From the IMG/VR virus record IMGVR_UViG_3300042892_000699: a stretch of 64,000 nucleotides of DNA; one strand, written 5' to 3'. A model generated the notes under the pieces. The model did no database searches, was not told where the DNA came from, and saw only the letters and a list, made by a program, of their open reading frames with translations. Below, piece after piece: positions 23,001-29,325 of the stretch; within the stretch, counting starts at the first letter, position 1; each line of letters starts with the position of its first letter. The DNA comes from a virus. Lineage: Duplodnaviria > Caudoviricetes. The translations under genes and the position numbers were made by a program.

Positions 23001-25279
23001 TCTTTTACAGTGTTATCAGCACCATAAGGAAGCATATCTGATCTATAGTATGCAGACTTATTGTCTTTATGGTTGTTGATAAGTTTTAAAACATAGTCAA
23101 GCGCATCAGCAGGTGTTAGTTGACTGTCAACTGAAACTGACAATCTTAACAGATTCATCTTAAACTGATTATACTGTTCTGCACCAAATCGCAATGCATC
23201 TACGACATTGTGTTCTTTTTTACCCAAGAACATCATAGCAAATGCAATAGGATTAGAGTTAATAACTAATCTTGTTCCGTATTTTGTATAATCTGAAACA
23301 TCTCTTAAATTGCTAGTTCCAGGAAATTTTCCCGTGAACTCAGCTGCAGACGAAACCATAGTTGACAAGTGGTCTTCCAACTCACTCAATGTCATGTCTG
23401 AAACATCGCTGTTTAGCGGATTGTTTGTTAAACTTAGAGGAGTTTCATAATAACCATTTTCGTTAGGTGTTTGTTCAGTAGTAATTTTTAATTGAACAAC
23501 ATCGTTAACCGAAAGAGTTCTATTAAATGTAACAGAAATATCACTGCCTGTATTAACTGTGGATGTAGTTTGTACATTGTTGATATAGGAAACAATTGAT
23601 GAAGGTGTGCTATATGGTCTATCTAAAGAAGTTATAAAAATTGTATTGGTGTTTTCTTCAACTACCTGTGTTTCAATAATAGGTATTTGATATGACTCAG
23701 CATTTTTCCAAACATTAACCAATGATGTTGTTCCGTCTGCATTATTAGATTTAATATATCCAATACCAGTTTTAACAAAAGAACTTACATTATCTACAGT
23801 TGAAGAAATTACATCTGTCATGAAATAGTTACTAAACAGATAACTACCTATTCCTACACTATTTTGATATCGAAGTGCAAATCCTAGAACAGAATCAGGT
23901 GTACCTGTTCCTACAGCATAACCAAATAATTTACTTCCTGCAAAGTCATTTATATTTGCAGACTGTGTATAACTAACGCCGTCTGCGTCAAACAAGTCAA
24001 ACAGGGGGGCTTGATTTAAAACTGTTCGTTGCTGAGATAATACCCACACTTGTTGGGATGTAGAATAGTAAAAACTCTTTCCTGAATTAACTATTCCGTA
24101 ATTAACTGAGATAGAATTTAAGTCTTCAAGGGTATCTACTAATGTTAGATGTAAAACAGGAGATTCACTATTTGTATAAGCTACCTGATAAATTTTTCCT
24201 CTAACATTTTCATTTAAGTCAGCATTAAAGATAATCCGTTGCCCGTGTTCAAGCAATACGCCATCAATGTAGTAACCAAAAGACCCGTCTACTGTTTCAA
24301 ATGCATTTTGTGTATCTGTATCAATTAAGTCAATATTTTGAATACCGGTTACACCAAAGTTATAAAGTTGCAGGTTAGGCTTAAATTCTACAATAGGTCT
24401 TTTTGCTTTAGCAGTTACTGGATATAATGCTGTTTGATTATTAATCTCAGCAGTAACTCTAATAACTTCTTTGTGCGTCCATCTATTGTAACGAGACCAA
24501 GGATTTAAATCTTGACTAGATTTATTGATTGTGATATATTCAGGAGTTATAGGAAGTTTTTTATCTCCATCAAACGGAAAATCATCAAACACTGTACTGT
24601 CAAAAGTTTCGTTATATCCTTGTGCTAGGGATTCGTTAACTTCTAACTTGTCAAAATCAACCAACTTGATTGCTTCGCCGACGCCTTCAACAATATATTC
24701 CTTACCTTGAATAATAGTTCCTGTTGTGCCAACTGTGGAAGTAGAGAATACCAACTTCATACCATTAGACACACTATAACCATTATCCATTAGATAATTA
24801 GGTTGACCTAACATTGATACTACTAGATTAGTTCCAGTATTATCAATTAAAATAGGTTCTGGTCCTGTAGGTAACCAGTAATATTCACTGTAATTAACTA
24901 ACTTGTCCCAATCTATTAACGGATCGTAAGAATAAAAATTAGATCTAAAAAGTCTGTCTAAGTCTTCAGTACGGCCACCCTGAATAGAAAGTTCGTTAAT
25001 AATATCATCATACCCAATGACATCGGTAATATTAGAAATAGAATCTCTTAAAACTAATGCAGGTTCTAACTGATAATTTTTACGAAGAGGCAAATCTTCT
25101 TTTAGATAAACATCATTTGCCGGATCATAGTTAGGAGTAACTTTAGACCCTATAAATCCATCAATCCTCTCTAACTGTGGAGTTTGAATTAATTGATCAA
25201 TAGTACTAGATAAAAATTTATCGTTCTTATTTGATCTTAAGTATTCCGGTAATAAATTTACTGATTTTTTATCCGCCAT
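11081..25279 (-). CDS. Giant (4732 aa) baseplate/virion structural protein
   Basis: Directly downstream of the gp6-like gene. Contains FG-GAP-like repeats, GxGY..P.V.I repeats and a NIDO-like segment. Confidence 0.7.
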   Translation of the reverse strand: MADKKSVNLLPEYLRSNKNDKFLSSTIDQLIQTPQLERIDGFIGSKVTPNYDPANDVYLKEDLPLRKNYQLEPALVLRDSISNITDVIGYDDIINELSIQGGRTEDLDRLFRSNFYSYDPLIDWDKLVNYSEYYWLPTGPEPILIDNTGTNLVVSMLGQPNYLMDNGYSVSNGMKLVFSTSTVGTTGTIIQGKEYIVEGVGEAIKLVDFDKLEVNESLAQGYNETFDSTVFDDFPFDGDKKLPITPEYITINKSSQDLNPWSRYNRWTHKEVIRVTAEINNQTALYPVTAKAKRPIVEFKPNLQLYNFGVTGIQNIDLIDTDTQNAFETVDGSFGYYIDGVLLEHGQRIIFNADLNENVRGKIYQVAYTNSESPVLHLTLVDTLEDLNSISVNYGIVNSGKSFYYSTSQQVWVLSQQRTVLNQAPLFDLFDADGVSYTQSANINDFAGSKLFGYAVGTGTPDSVLGFALRYQNSVGIGSYLFSNYFMTDVISSTVDNVSSFVKTGIGYIKSNNADGTTSLVNVWKNAESYQIPIIETQVVEENTNTIFITSLDRPYSTPSSIVSYINNVQTTSTVNTGSDISVTFNRTLSVNDVVQLKITTEQTPNENGYYETPLSLTNNPLNSDVSDMTLSELEDHLSTMVSSAAEFTGKFPGTSNLRDVSDYTKYGTRLVINSNPIAFAMMFLGKKEHNVVDALRFGAEQYNQFKMNLLRLSVSVDSQLTPADALDYVLKLINNHKDNKSAYYRSDMLPYGADNTVKEYTVGIIPSYVYPLGIEFDPTILSFKSILIYLNDVQLIYGKDYEIDSIDGTVTVISSLVKDDVIKIVTYLDTLGCFVPPTPSKLGLYPKYEPELYIDTSYTSGNVSMIRGHDGSVMQAYGDYRDEIILEFEKRVYNNIKVIYNTEIFDVKSTIPGAFRNSKYTLDDANRILRKDYMRWAGMYNVDVSANSTFDENNSFTWNYKGSIDSVFFNTVPGYWRGIYQYFYDTDRPHSHPWEMLGFTTKPTWWAIEYGPAPYTSSNTLMWTDLKNGYVRGTGTYKTEYARSQLLTIIPVDTSGNLKAPDQFLVSENAYSDKKFTWAFGDRNPAETAWHRSSYWPFAVNAMAALLEPCNYTSSMYDVSRTTFNQSNQLVYAGDLYLNPKKLLVEGDYQISGVGSLIIEKGKQTDLGYVAKFQQDLSYLDFNLFHKLGGFASKEKLQIIIDSIDPVSTSQGAVLPPEDCAFILNISNPVKSANISGIIVQKSNGKFVVKGYDRSNPYFEILKPIKTATSGAVTVGGVSSPFTEWTSVTNNGTTGISETDLTSVETNTSRYYKQGQIVRYNSRFYRVKIGHVATSTFDETYFQQMSSLPMTGGATAQQATKFETAVTEVPYGTEYNTIQEVYDLIVGYGAYLEKQGFLFDQYSTDLKEILDWQFTGKEFLFWTTQNWADGNLITLSPFANTLRYKFVDSIVDNIASGNYEYSLLKADGKSFPISNFNLSRQDGVCTINTLNTEEGIFFATLNSVQKEHAIVFNNTTIFNDTIYDIESGYRQRRVKITGFRTANWNGDLFSPGFIYDAVEISDWKSFGIYLPGKVVRYNGAYYESSVRVNGDETFDFNKWVKLSNKPTPDLLPNFDYKINQFEDFYSLDIDNFDYGQQQLAQHLIGYTPRTYLNNIFTNATAQYKFYQGFIREKGTRNAIDKIVKAGTFARKGDVSFNEDWAFRVGHFGGFETYKEIEFKLEEGTAIENPYVVKFISEMPSNASNLINYTSSTNLLISPSGYNPAQTFKVYNSTGYEDTNIDLTTVGYVRLDDVTSTAYNKNSLLDIANNSSIQEGDTIWMGFLENGDWDVYRYSRQTAKVSGVYVSAPATAITFTTDIHHSLAVGDIVSVVKFNDQVNGVYIVTEIPELNQFTVASGLTTIVNDDLLAFGALFKFDDVRYQNFEELKNVPDLRKLKTGEKIWIDNAPDKWAVYQKIKNYDTGIGINSSASPIAQQLGFSIYASDDIPLVIVSAPTWDFPSYDSTGRVSVLEKNRLTLDKQFEYIMNSNDKIYCDVSLSTGFGYSLNYDNSKELIFTGAPEATNVRSTGTSAILFSTGSGYAKSFVSEGLVKISSKRPLVNEEITQKVLVRPNYNDTVTYSTSSYARFGHSIYLNQVVSTSSSTLLVSAPGDGVNNTGTGHVYAYYLSTTTSATNLVSITQHLSSNLEDGISLRPEGITQNSQMQWGHKIAGDYAGKFIAISAPGYTTSSTSGIVQIFDNSLNWKQTIVSPFGTTDIFGDDVYVSASGKFMFISSVNTKLIGEGFGKVAVYTATNLTSTGTYILRQVIDNPVLTNDLKFGQAISLSKNETVLTVSSLGKNRSKIYGFDEGTRFGETTFDQGTTRFISPISDAGAVYVYNNLGDYFIQAEELNDADFIEGSRYGTSVVATNDAVYVGAPWYVSASEADGSTFFQFNKIDNTKNSWSLLREQPDLVEIDTVKRIVLIDSVNEEVIEYLDVIDPLKGKIAGIAEQELKYKSASDPATYSIGTIGTINDSETNWIDEHVGELWWDLSTAKYVWYEQGDDIFRKNNWGKLFPGATIDVYEWVKSNLLPTEWASQADTSEGLTNGISGQPKYPDNSIVSVKQVWNTVTNSFENVFFFWVKNKVLIPDAKNRRISAYQVSSLIADPVSNGLKFAEILSSDSVAFANIQPMLIGNYINANISTDEIKNSIPRHTEWLLLEEGSASSMPNTMLNKKLFDSLLGRDALGNLVPDINLSYRNKYGIGIRPQQTLFKDRLQALRNIVEFANSVLIDSRITGNYSFSNLERKEEIPDALDREYDLIVEDLEELTEVDTSTFKQAYIECFTLNGKVISAVVTDPGFGYALPPKVNVNATTGIGAVIETEIDVNGRVINAVVTAPGSNYVEESPVVVVRPHTVIVQVNTEYGNRWTKHIYDYLYKTWLRIKTQTYNTPLYWKYADWVKSTYDGFKDYKYVVNDTYEVATLNDTVPGDYVKIKNAGDGNYIILEKLTDTEIGDFSTSYDIIYRQNGTVQILDTIWNYSDSNYAYDVATLEETLYDQIPDLELFYILTALKDDIFVRDLKINWNLLFFKAVKYALTEQKLLDWAFKTSFINVKNNIGSLDQRSVYQLENEQYFEDYIKEVKPYRTKIRSYTSIYNNNVDQGSVYLTDFDLPSYYNSSTGKFEVVQLGNTLLDEYPRKSWNDNYKYYVKSIEVGNKGAGYTQRPNVQITTALGDSGAGAKAEAYIRNGELYKVLVTHPGSGYVTPPLVTITGGGQYVTSTATVSVVMGNDTIRKNTVGIKFDRVGTGYELGDTTVTETFVCSGDANKFVLSWLAEPNKSNITPLVDGKLVLATDYTIEYYTETYNNYTKKYSRFVFLNYVPGEGQIFKITYNKNINLYTAVDRIHNYYEPTDSMPGLELPLLMSGAEFGETQLQGLRFDYSPPWGHGAYDNNSAWSDLTDYYASAKLVADALYNTGTLVLSTTEGISPGQKIILTNTALNYLRTDTVVVSVNTGANSIEVSNYEFQIKRVWSDSLTTRGTLVFYTVEDFGGDIRVGDYAEIWGINGGEGGTLTGFDGRYQVTGVGTDRFTAIGTGTHWSSVLSTSTVRSAPAGTTVRIPSMLRDYEVTSTYKIYSFADDIINTTTVYYDTLISIQDVSTSSVYLDYSTLPLQTSSLAEYVETTATSSGTLALTIRGLGLSGHHIDVDIYGYPKLEFWKDNFNVNGVDTELTAGSWDSAGNFVGALGVNPTDLTVNGSGFLNAQLGYAPEEHVKGQTFDSVSINVYTQENNSSPLVISGAVPVVSGRVSVTTLPHPVTESVGVQVEYKGLIFDRLDTPPDPGTIGPYFSSSLATPIGVSGAPIGASAGDDEFTGPYSLGFNWNMFGTVYTEVYVGTNGYVTFGGGDTEYTPLNIDALENPSIMVMFCDLWQAIGESGQLLENGQLPGLWFDTGTISGTTTQFNYWRLRFQGSHYQKRDEPGVLPAYQYELGLYSDGVNQYVEMIYENTWREYDPLNASSSVPNGGFITGISNQNGANAVQVPYTSIQNNTSHVFYSTSEGGNWQYAGQGSFDPNKEPYNFTARNQFFIYDRTLYIAPQTTTGRAGYTLMTMGGDYLLDSNLVSVSDQSSVLIPSLASIDDVRSVYVTVNGTQIFETLSTSSYGYMVSPTGIENNRAAVTVYNIPAGTNVIQAWFFETNYPEFNGVWTEYFNITTTTTVLNLTKPIANIEPISAQVLVEYEALAGAGRRRLSPPDVTYYKFDGTQLTFNIDNKPRPSGTYSIETVHVYLNGFLLRSGFDYTLSVSNSTITFPTGLLVNGDAIAIESLIDYDYIVSGNTVILSTPLTSGSVKVTTFTDHDGMLIRTERFSGNSMRRFTLSLPVISAEYVWVYVDGAPLIPGYDFGLLPDQRTIQLSEWIFVNTSNDIMITSINSPLRNNVTLGYRIFKDIFDRTSYTRLSDFYSTRLTKELTLTDTEIHVEDSSRLIPPNPIRNIPGVVFVDSERIEFFEKASNTLSNLRRSTHGTAPALFSEVGTKLMDQSTQQQVPYSDVIKKQYHITTSTTNARVLSTVTNSFNTYTFVISTSSYSTDVGPYQFVCDGITLSTSTDATNQVTIKYGGRTLRKTSTLVHDSRRAYDTTSTSLVTLDSEFTVVYNSLTNNHELKLNIEGFVSGVRLEIEQRTGQFWQPIEEVSANEWVIKSSLLTAVTPQAMFIQQKTTELPDYYYYGGDPTLTDNNNFELTDDNNNPIEGY

Positions 25280-25280
25280 T

Positions 25281-28200
25281 TCATGTTCCGCTAGTTGTTA
25301 CGATTGAAGATGATGCTTTCAATTGTGATGCTGTGATGCCGTCGATAATTTCAATGTCATTAATAGTTACGCCGCTGATAAAAATTTCATCAGACTGACA
25401 TGCAACTTCGTATAGACTTCCAAAACTAGTATCATTTTTTGGTACAATTACAAAGTTACTAATATCAGGTGTCAAGCTGTTCATGACATACGCAGACAAT
25501 TCACTAAAATAAAACGTTTGACCAAATTCCCAGTTTTCTAAAGCAAAAAATTCATTGATTGCTGTTAATATTCTTGTTTTAATATCATTGTCTGTAGTTG
25601 CTTTATTAGAATTCTTAACAGCTTTAAAAACTGCCCGTAAATTAGAATCTGCTTTACTACCAAACAATACTTTATATTTTACAGGGTGAAAAATAATTTC
25701 ATCGCTGATTGCCTTAATAGGTTCTAATTTTTCTCTATAATTTTGTTCTAGACTTTGACTTGTAGGAGCAAACGGTTCTCTAGTTGTGTTTCCTGCAATC
25801 CAACTTCTAAACTCATTATCATATGACAATGTTAAAACATACACGTCAATTAAATTTGTCTTGCTAGGATCAATTCTTTTTTCATCACCGCTATTATGTA
25901 CATACTGGAATTTTAAATCAGAGCGGCCAACTCTTCCATAGTATTCGTCTGTGAATAAAAGAGAGTTAGTCCCCGAAGACCAGTACTTAACTACATCTTC
26001 GTCTGGTGAATAGAAATAAAACAAATCGCCGTTTTCAATAGGTTGGTTTAATTGTAACTGATTATATTTGTAAGTATTCCAACTTGTTTCAGATTCGATT
26101 GAATCTCTAATATCAGTTGACAGATTGTATCTTAGCCCGTCTGCTTGTTTTTTAAAATAGATATAATTATCGCCAACAAGTTTTGTAAATGCTTCCGGAT
26201 CTGCTATATAACCAGTATTATTATAATCATAAAAACTAACACGAACTTTTTTAGGATCGACATAACCGTCTGACTCTATAACAGCTCCGTCAATTTGCCA
26301 TGAGTAATCTAAACCTAACTGTCCCGAAATGTTAGAACTTTGACTCCAAATTCCAGATTCATTTTTAAAGATTTTATTAGTTGCAGTGTTTAGATAAAAG
26401 TCGCCCGAACTACCTATTGATGATGTAGGATTGGATCCGCCACCGTACCACGTAACTGATTCAACGGGTTGAGTATTAACTGACAACACATCAATTTTAT
26501 CTTTAATAACAGTATTAGATACAAAATCGTAGTTAACTGACGTATCGTCTATGAAAAACCCTGTTTCATTTTCACTTTCAAAAATGTGATTTAATGTTCT
26601 AAACTTAACTCTATATTTCTTTCCTGTCCAAATAAATGCAATAATCCAGCTAGAGTCTAATCCTAGATCTTCGACATTATTTTGTGTTGCAAGATTAAAT
26701 GCATTCGTTGTATTCAAATTTGAATTTAAGATGATGCTCCAGGTTCTTGAACCTGCATCAATAGTTAGACCAAAATTTCTCTGCGTCATGCAAATGTTTG
26801 CAATTTCATTTTCGATAGAAAAACTTAAAATACTACTGTATTTCGGAAGAACTTCAACAGGTATAGCACTCAAGGCCACTGTTCCGTTTCCAGGAACCCG
26901 TGTTGAGAAAATAACAGGACCTGTTCCGTCATCCAGTGTGCCCGATCCTGAATTAGCACCATCACCTATAACTTGACTAACTCCTGCCCAGAAATAAGTT
27001 TTTCCATTTGTAGGAATTACATTGTTAGCAGGAATAGATTTTAAATTATTGTTTTCGTCAAAGTATTTTTCAGATGGTGCAACAAATTTTACAGATGCTC
27101 CTGCTTCAACATATTTTAAATTGCTGTCTGAATACAAACCAACAGACTGAGGGCCAGATGAATTTTTAAAATAACCTCTGCTTTGTCCAGGTGTTTTATT
27201 AACTTCAACCCATGTCAAACTTAGAGAAGTTATACTTGCTCTTTCATAGTTGTCAAAGTAAAAAGATCTTAAATTAGGTTGTGCAACAATAGGTGCTAAC
27301 TGATTTTTAATAACCGATAGCACTTGATTTCTACTAGAAAACTCAAATTCAAAAAATTCTTCTTTTAGTTCTTTATATAATAAACCGTCAGTGGCAAAAA
27401 TATTTGTATTACTATAACGTCCGCTAACATCTGCAATATCAAAATATTTGCTTAGTCCACTTGAAATTCTATTGATACTCTTAACTTTAAGAATATCAGA
27501 TCCTGCGGTTAAAGGCCCGATGTTATAATCTTCGCCTGTGATCATTCTATTTTGAAGATAGTATGCTTGAGGCGCCTTTGTTTGTATGCTAGAATTTGAC
27601 TCTGGTCCGGCACTATTTGTAACAGTGTACTGCAAACTCATAGTAACTTGCAGAGTATGGCTTTGACCCGAAGCACTAACATAAGGAATTGAAATAACAA
27701 CTCCGCTCATTTGCTCAGGTTTAACAACATAATTAAGACCGTTACTCTGTCTATAAAATAGTCTAAAGTCACCCTTGGGTAAGTCTCCGAATACTCCGTC
27801 GGCAAAGTTTAAATCAATCTGATCTTCATCTCTTGTAGATATAGCGTATATAGTTCTTAGATCTTGATTCAAACTGTTATAAACAACATTGTTGCCTATT
27901 AAGCTAGGAACACCAGTCCATAATGTATCAAATCCACCATTCTTATCTAATTGCCATAACCAAACATCAGTGTTGTTAATGTCGGGTGTATTGACTCCTA
28001 CAATTTCGTTAGGAACAGGATTATCAAGGCCGAATTTAGCCATGCTTAGTGTACCTTGACGGAAGTGAGCAAAGAATCCTGTGTTTACACTGGATGATCC
28101 TTGATTATCATTTTTATAAATGATGCTAAAGGCACCTGCTGGTTCCGGAGCTTCTTCATAGATGTATGTTTTTCGCGAGAATGTACAGGGTACAATCTCG

Positions 28201-28826
28201 AAACTCATAGGCGTGCCGTTGATGTTTTTGCTAAAATTATAGATAGGAACATCTGTGTTTGCACTATTGATACGATACTGTTCTGTGCTAATACCGCTGA
28301 TTGTATCTCTATCTGCTGGATTTCCAAAATTAGAAGTCATAGCAGAGTTCATAATATTAATGAACTGCTGGTACCAGTCTGGGTTAGTAGGATCGTTCCA
28401 ACCTATTGTAGTGTTTGCTAAATTTGTACCGTTAGAATCATAAACATTGTCGGATGTTTGTACCGCAGTTACTTTTAAGAAGCCGTTAGCAGGCATATTT
28501 CTTGCAGGATTATAACTAACCAATTGAGCTAAACGTAGAATACTATCTCGGCGCTGTGCAGTTTCTAAGAAGTTTTCACGAGCATTTAAATCAATGCGGA
28601 AACTTAGATTCTGACCTAGATAAGCAATGAGATCGATAAGAGCAACGTACTCACTGCTGTCAATAAAATCGTTAAATTCTTCAGGATAATTTTCCTGAAG
28701 ATAAGAAATCATAGTGCGGCGGAGTGTTTCAAAATCGTAACTTTTGAAGTCAGCGTTTCTGAAAGACTGGTAGATTTTTTTCCAATCTTCACTTACTAAT
28801 ATTTTTGAATTTGTTGCTGGAATCAT
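25281..28826 (-). CDS. gp6: Baseplate wedge protein (T4 gp6-like)
   Basis: N-terminal DFETLR..MI.YL...YPEEFNDF..SSE...LIDL.AY...LSFR.D..A.ENFL.TA.RR.S..RLA.L..Y. Next to a gp25-like gene. Confidence 0.8.
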   Translation of the reverse strand: MIPATNSKILVSEDWKKIYQSFRNADFKSYDFETLRRTMISYLQENYPEEFNDFIDSSEYVALIDLIAYLGQNLSFRIDLNARENFLETAQRRDSILRLAQLVSYNPARNMPANGFLKVTAVQTSDNVYDSNGTNLANTTIGWNDPTNPDWYQQFINIMNSAMTSNFGNPADRDTISGISTEQYRINSANTDVPIYNFSKNINGTPMSFEIVPCTFSRKTYIYEEAPEPAGAFSIIYKNDNQGSSSVNTGFFAHFRQGTLSMAKFGLDNPVPNEIVGVNTPDINNTDVWLWQLDKNGGFDTLWTGVPSLIGNNVVYNSLNQDLRTIYAISTRDEDQIDLNFADGVFGDLPKGDFRLFYRQSNGLNYVVKPEQMSGVVISIPYVSASGQSHTLQVTMSLQYTVTNSAGPESNSSIQTKAPQAYYLQNRMITGEDYNIGPLTAGSDILKVKSINRISSGLSKYFDIADVSGRYSNTNIFATDGLLYKELKEEFFEFEFSSRNQVLSVIKNQLAPIVAQPNLRSFYFDNYERASITSLSLTWVEVNKTPGQSRGYFKNSSGPQSVGLYSDSNLKYVEAGASVKFVAPSEKYFDENNNLKSIPANNVIPTNGKTYFWAGVSQVIGDGANSGSGTLDDGTGPVIFSTRVPGNGTVALSAIPVEVLPKYSSILSFSIENEIANICMTQRNFGLTIDAGSRTWSIILNSNLNTTNAFNLATQNNVEDLGLDSSWIIAFIWTGKKYRVKFRTLNHIFESENETGFFIDDTSVNYDFVSNTVIKDKIDVLSVNTQPVESVTWYGGGSNPTSSIGSSGDFYLNTATNKIFKNESGIWSQSSNISGQLGLDYSWQIDGAVIESDGYVDPKKVRVSFYDYNNTGYIADPEAFTKLVGDNYIYFKKQADGLRYNLSTDIRDSIESETSWNTYKYNQLQLNQPIENGDLFYFYSPDEDVVKYWSSGTNSLLFTDEYYGRVGRSDLKFQYVHNSGDEKRIDPSKTNLIDVYVLTLSYDNEFRSWIAGNTTREPFAPTSQSLEQNYREKLEPIKAISDEIIFHPVKYKVLFGSKADSNLRAVFKAVKNSNKATTDNDIKTRILTAINEFFALENWEFGQTFYFSELSAYVMNSLTPDISNFVIVPKNDTSFGSLYEVACQSDEIFISGVTINDIEIIDGITASQLKASSSIVTTSGT

Positions 28827-28847
28827 GATTTTTACTATTCGATACCG

Positions 28848-28855
28848 TATTTATT
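28848..28855 (-). promoter_or_regulatory. Late promoter-like AATAAATA
   Basis: In the gap upstream of the gp6-like gene. Confidence 0.5.
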
Positions 28856-28875
28856 TGAAAAATTATCAGGGTATA

Positions 28876-29313
28876 TTATTGTGCTGTTAGCCCTAGCTTC
28901 TGATCAAACACTAACTTCATCGTAGTTGATTCGTCTGTGTTCCTCATGGCTAAAGTAATTTCAACAAGATACCCCTGCTCATATTCACTGATATCTATCT
29001 GAATTGGATAAGCTCTAGGATCAAAGCTACAGATAGCCTCTATGTCTTGTTGTAATAGTTCTCTGACGTGTTCGGTTAACGGTTCCATTATTAAGTCCCA
29101 GACAATGGTTCCGAACGTAGGATTCATAACCCTACTTCCTTTACGTGTGTTAAAATGATTTAAGATGTCTTGTTTGATTAAATCAAAGTCGTACAACTTA
29201 GATCCGTAGTTTGTAGAATCTACCGTACTGAAGCCGCGATAAAACTGACTTAGTCGGTTAGTATGCTGACTATTGTAATTAGAAACGTTAATTTCAAGGT
29301 TCTTGTAAGGCAT
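28876..29313 (-). CDS. gp25: Baseplate wedge protein (gp25-like)
   Basis: LIKQDILNHFNTRKGSRVMNPTFGTIVWDLIMEP matches the gp25/GPW pattern. Confidence 0.85.
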   Translation of the reverse strand: MPYKNLEINVSNYNSQHTNRLSQFYRGFSTVDSTNYGSKLYDFDLIKQDILNHFNTRKGSRVMNPTFGTIVWDLIMEPLTEHVRELLQQDIEAICSFDPRAYPIQIDISEYEQGYLVEITLAMRNTDESTTMKLVFDQKLGLTAQ

Positions 29314-29317
29314 ACTA

Positions 29318-29325
29318 TATTTATT
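29318..29325 (-). promoter_or_regulatory. Late promoter-like AATAAATA
   Basis: Motif ends 4 nt before the ATG at 29313. Confidence 0.5.
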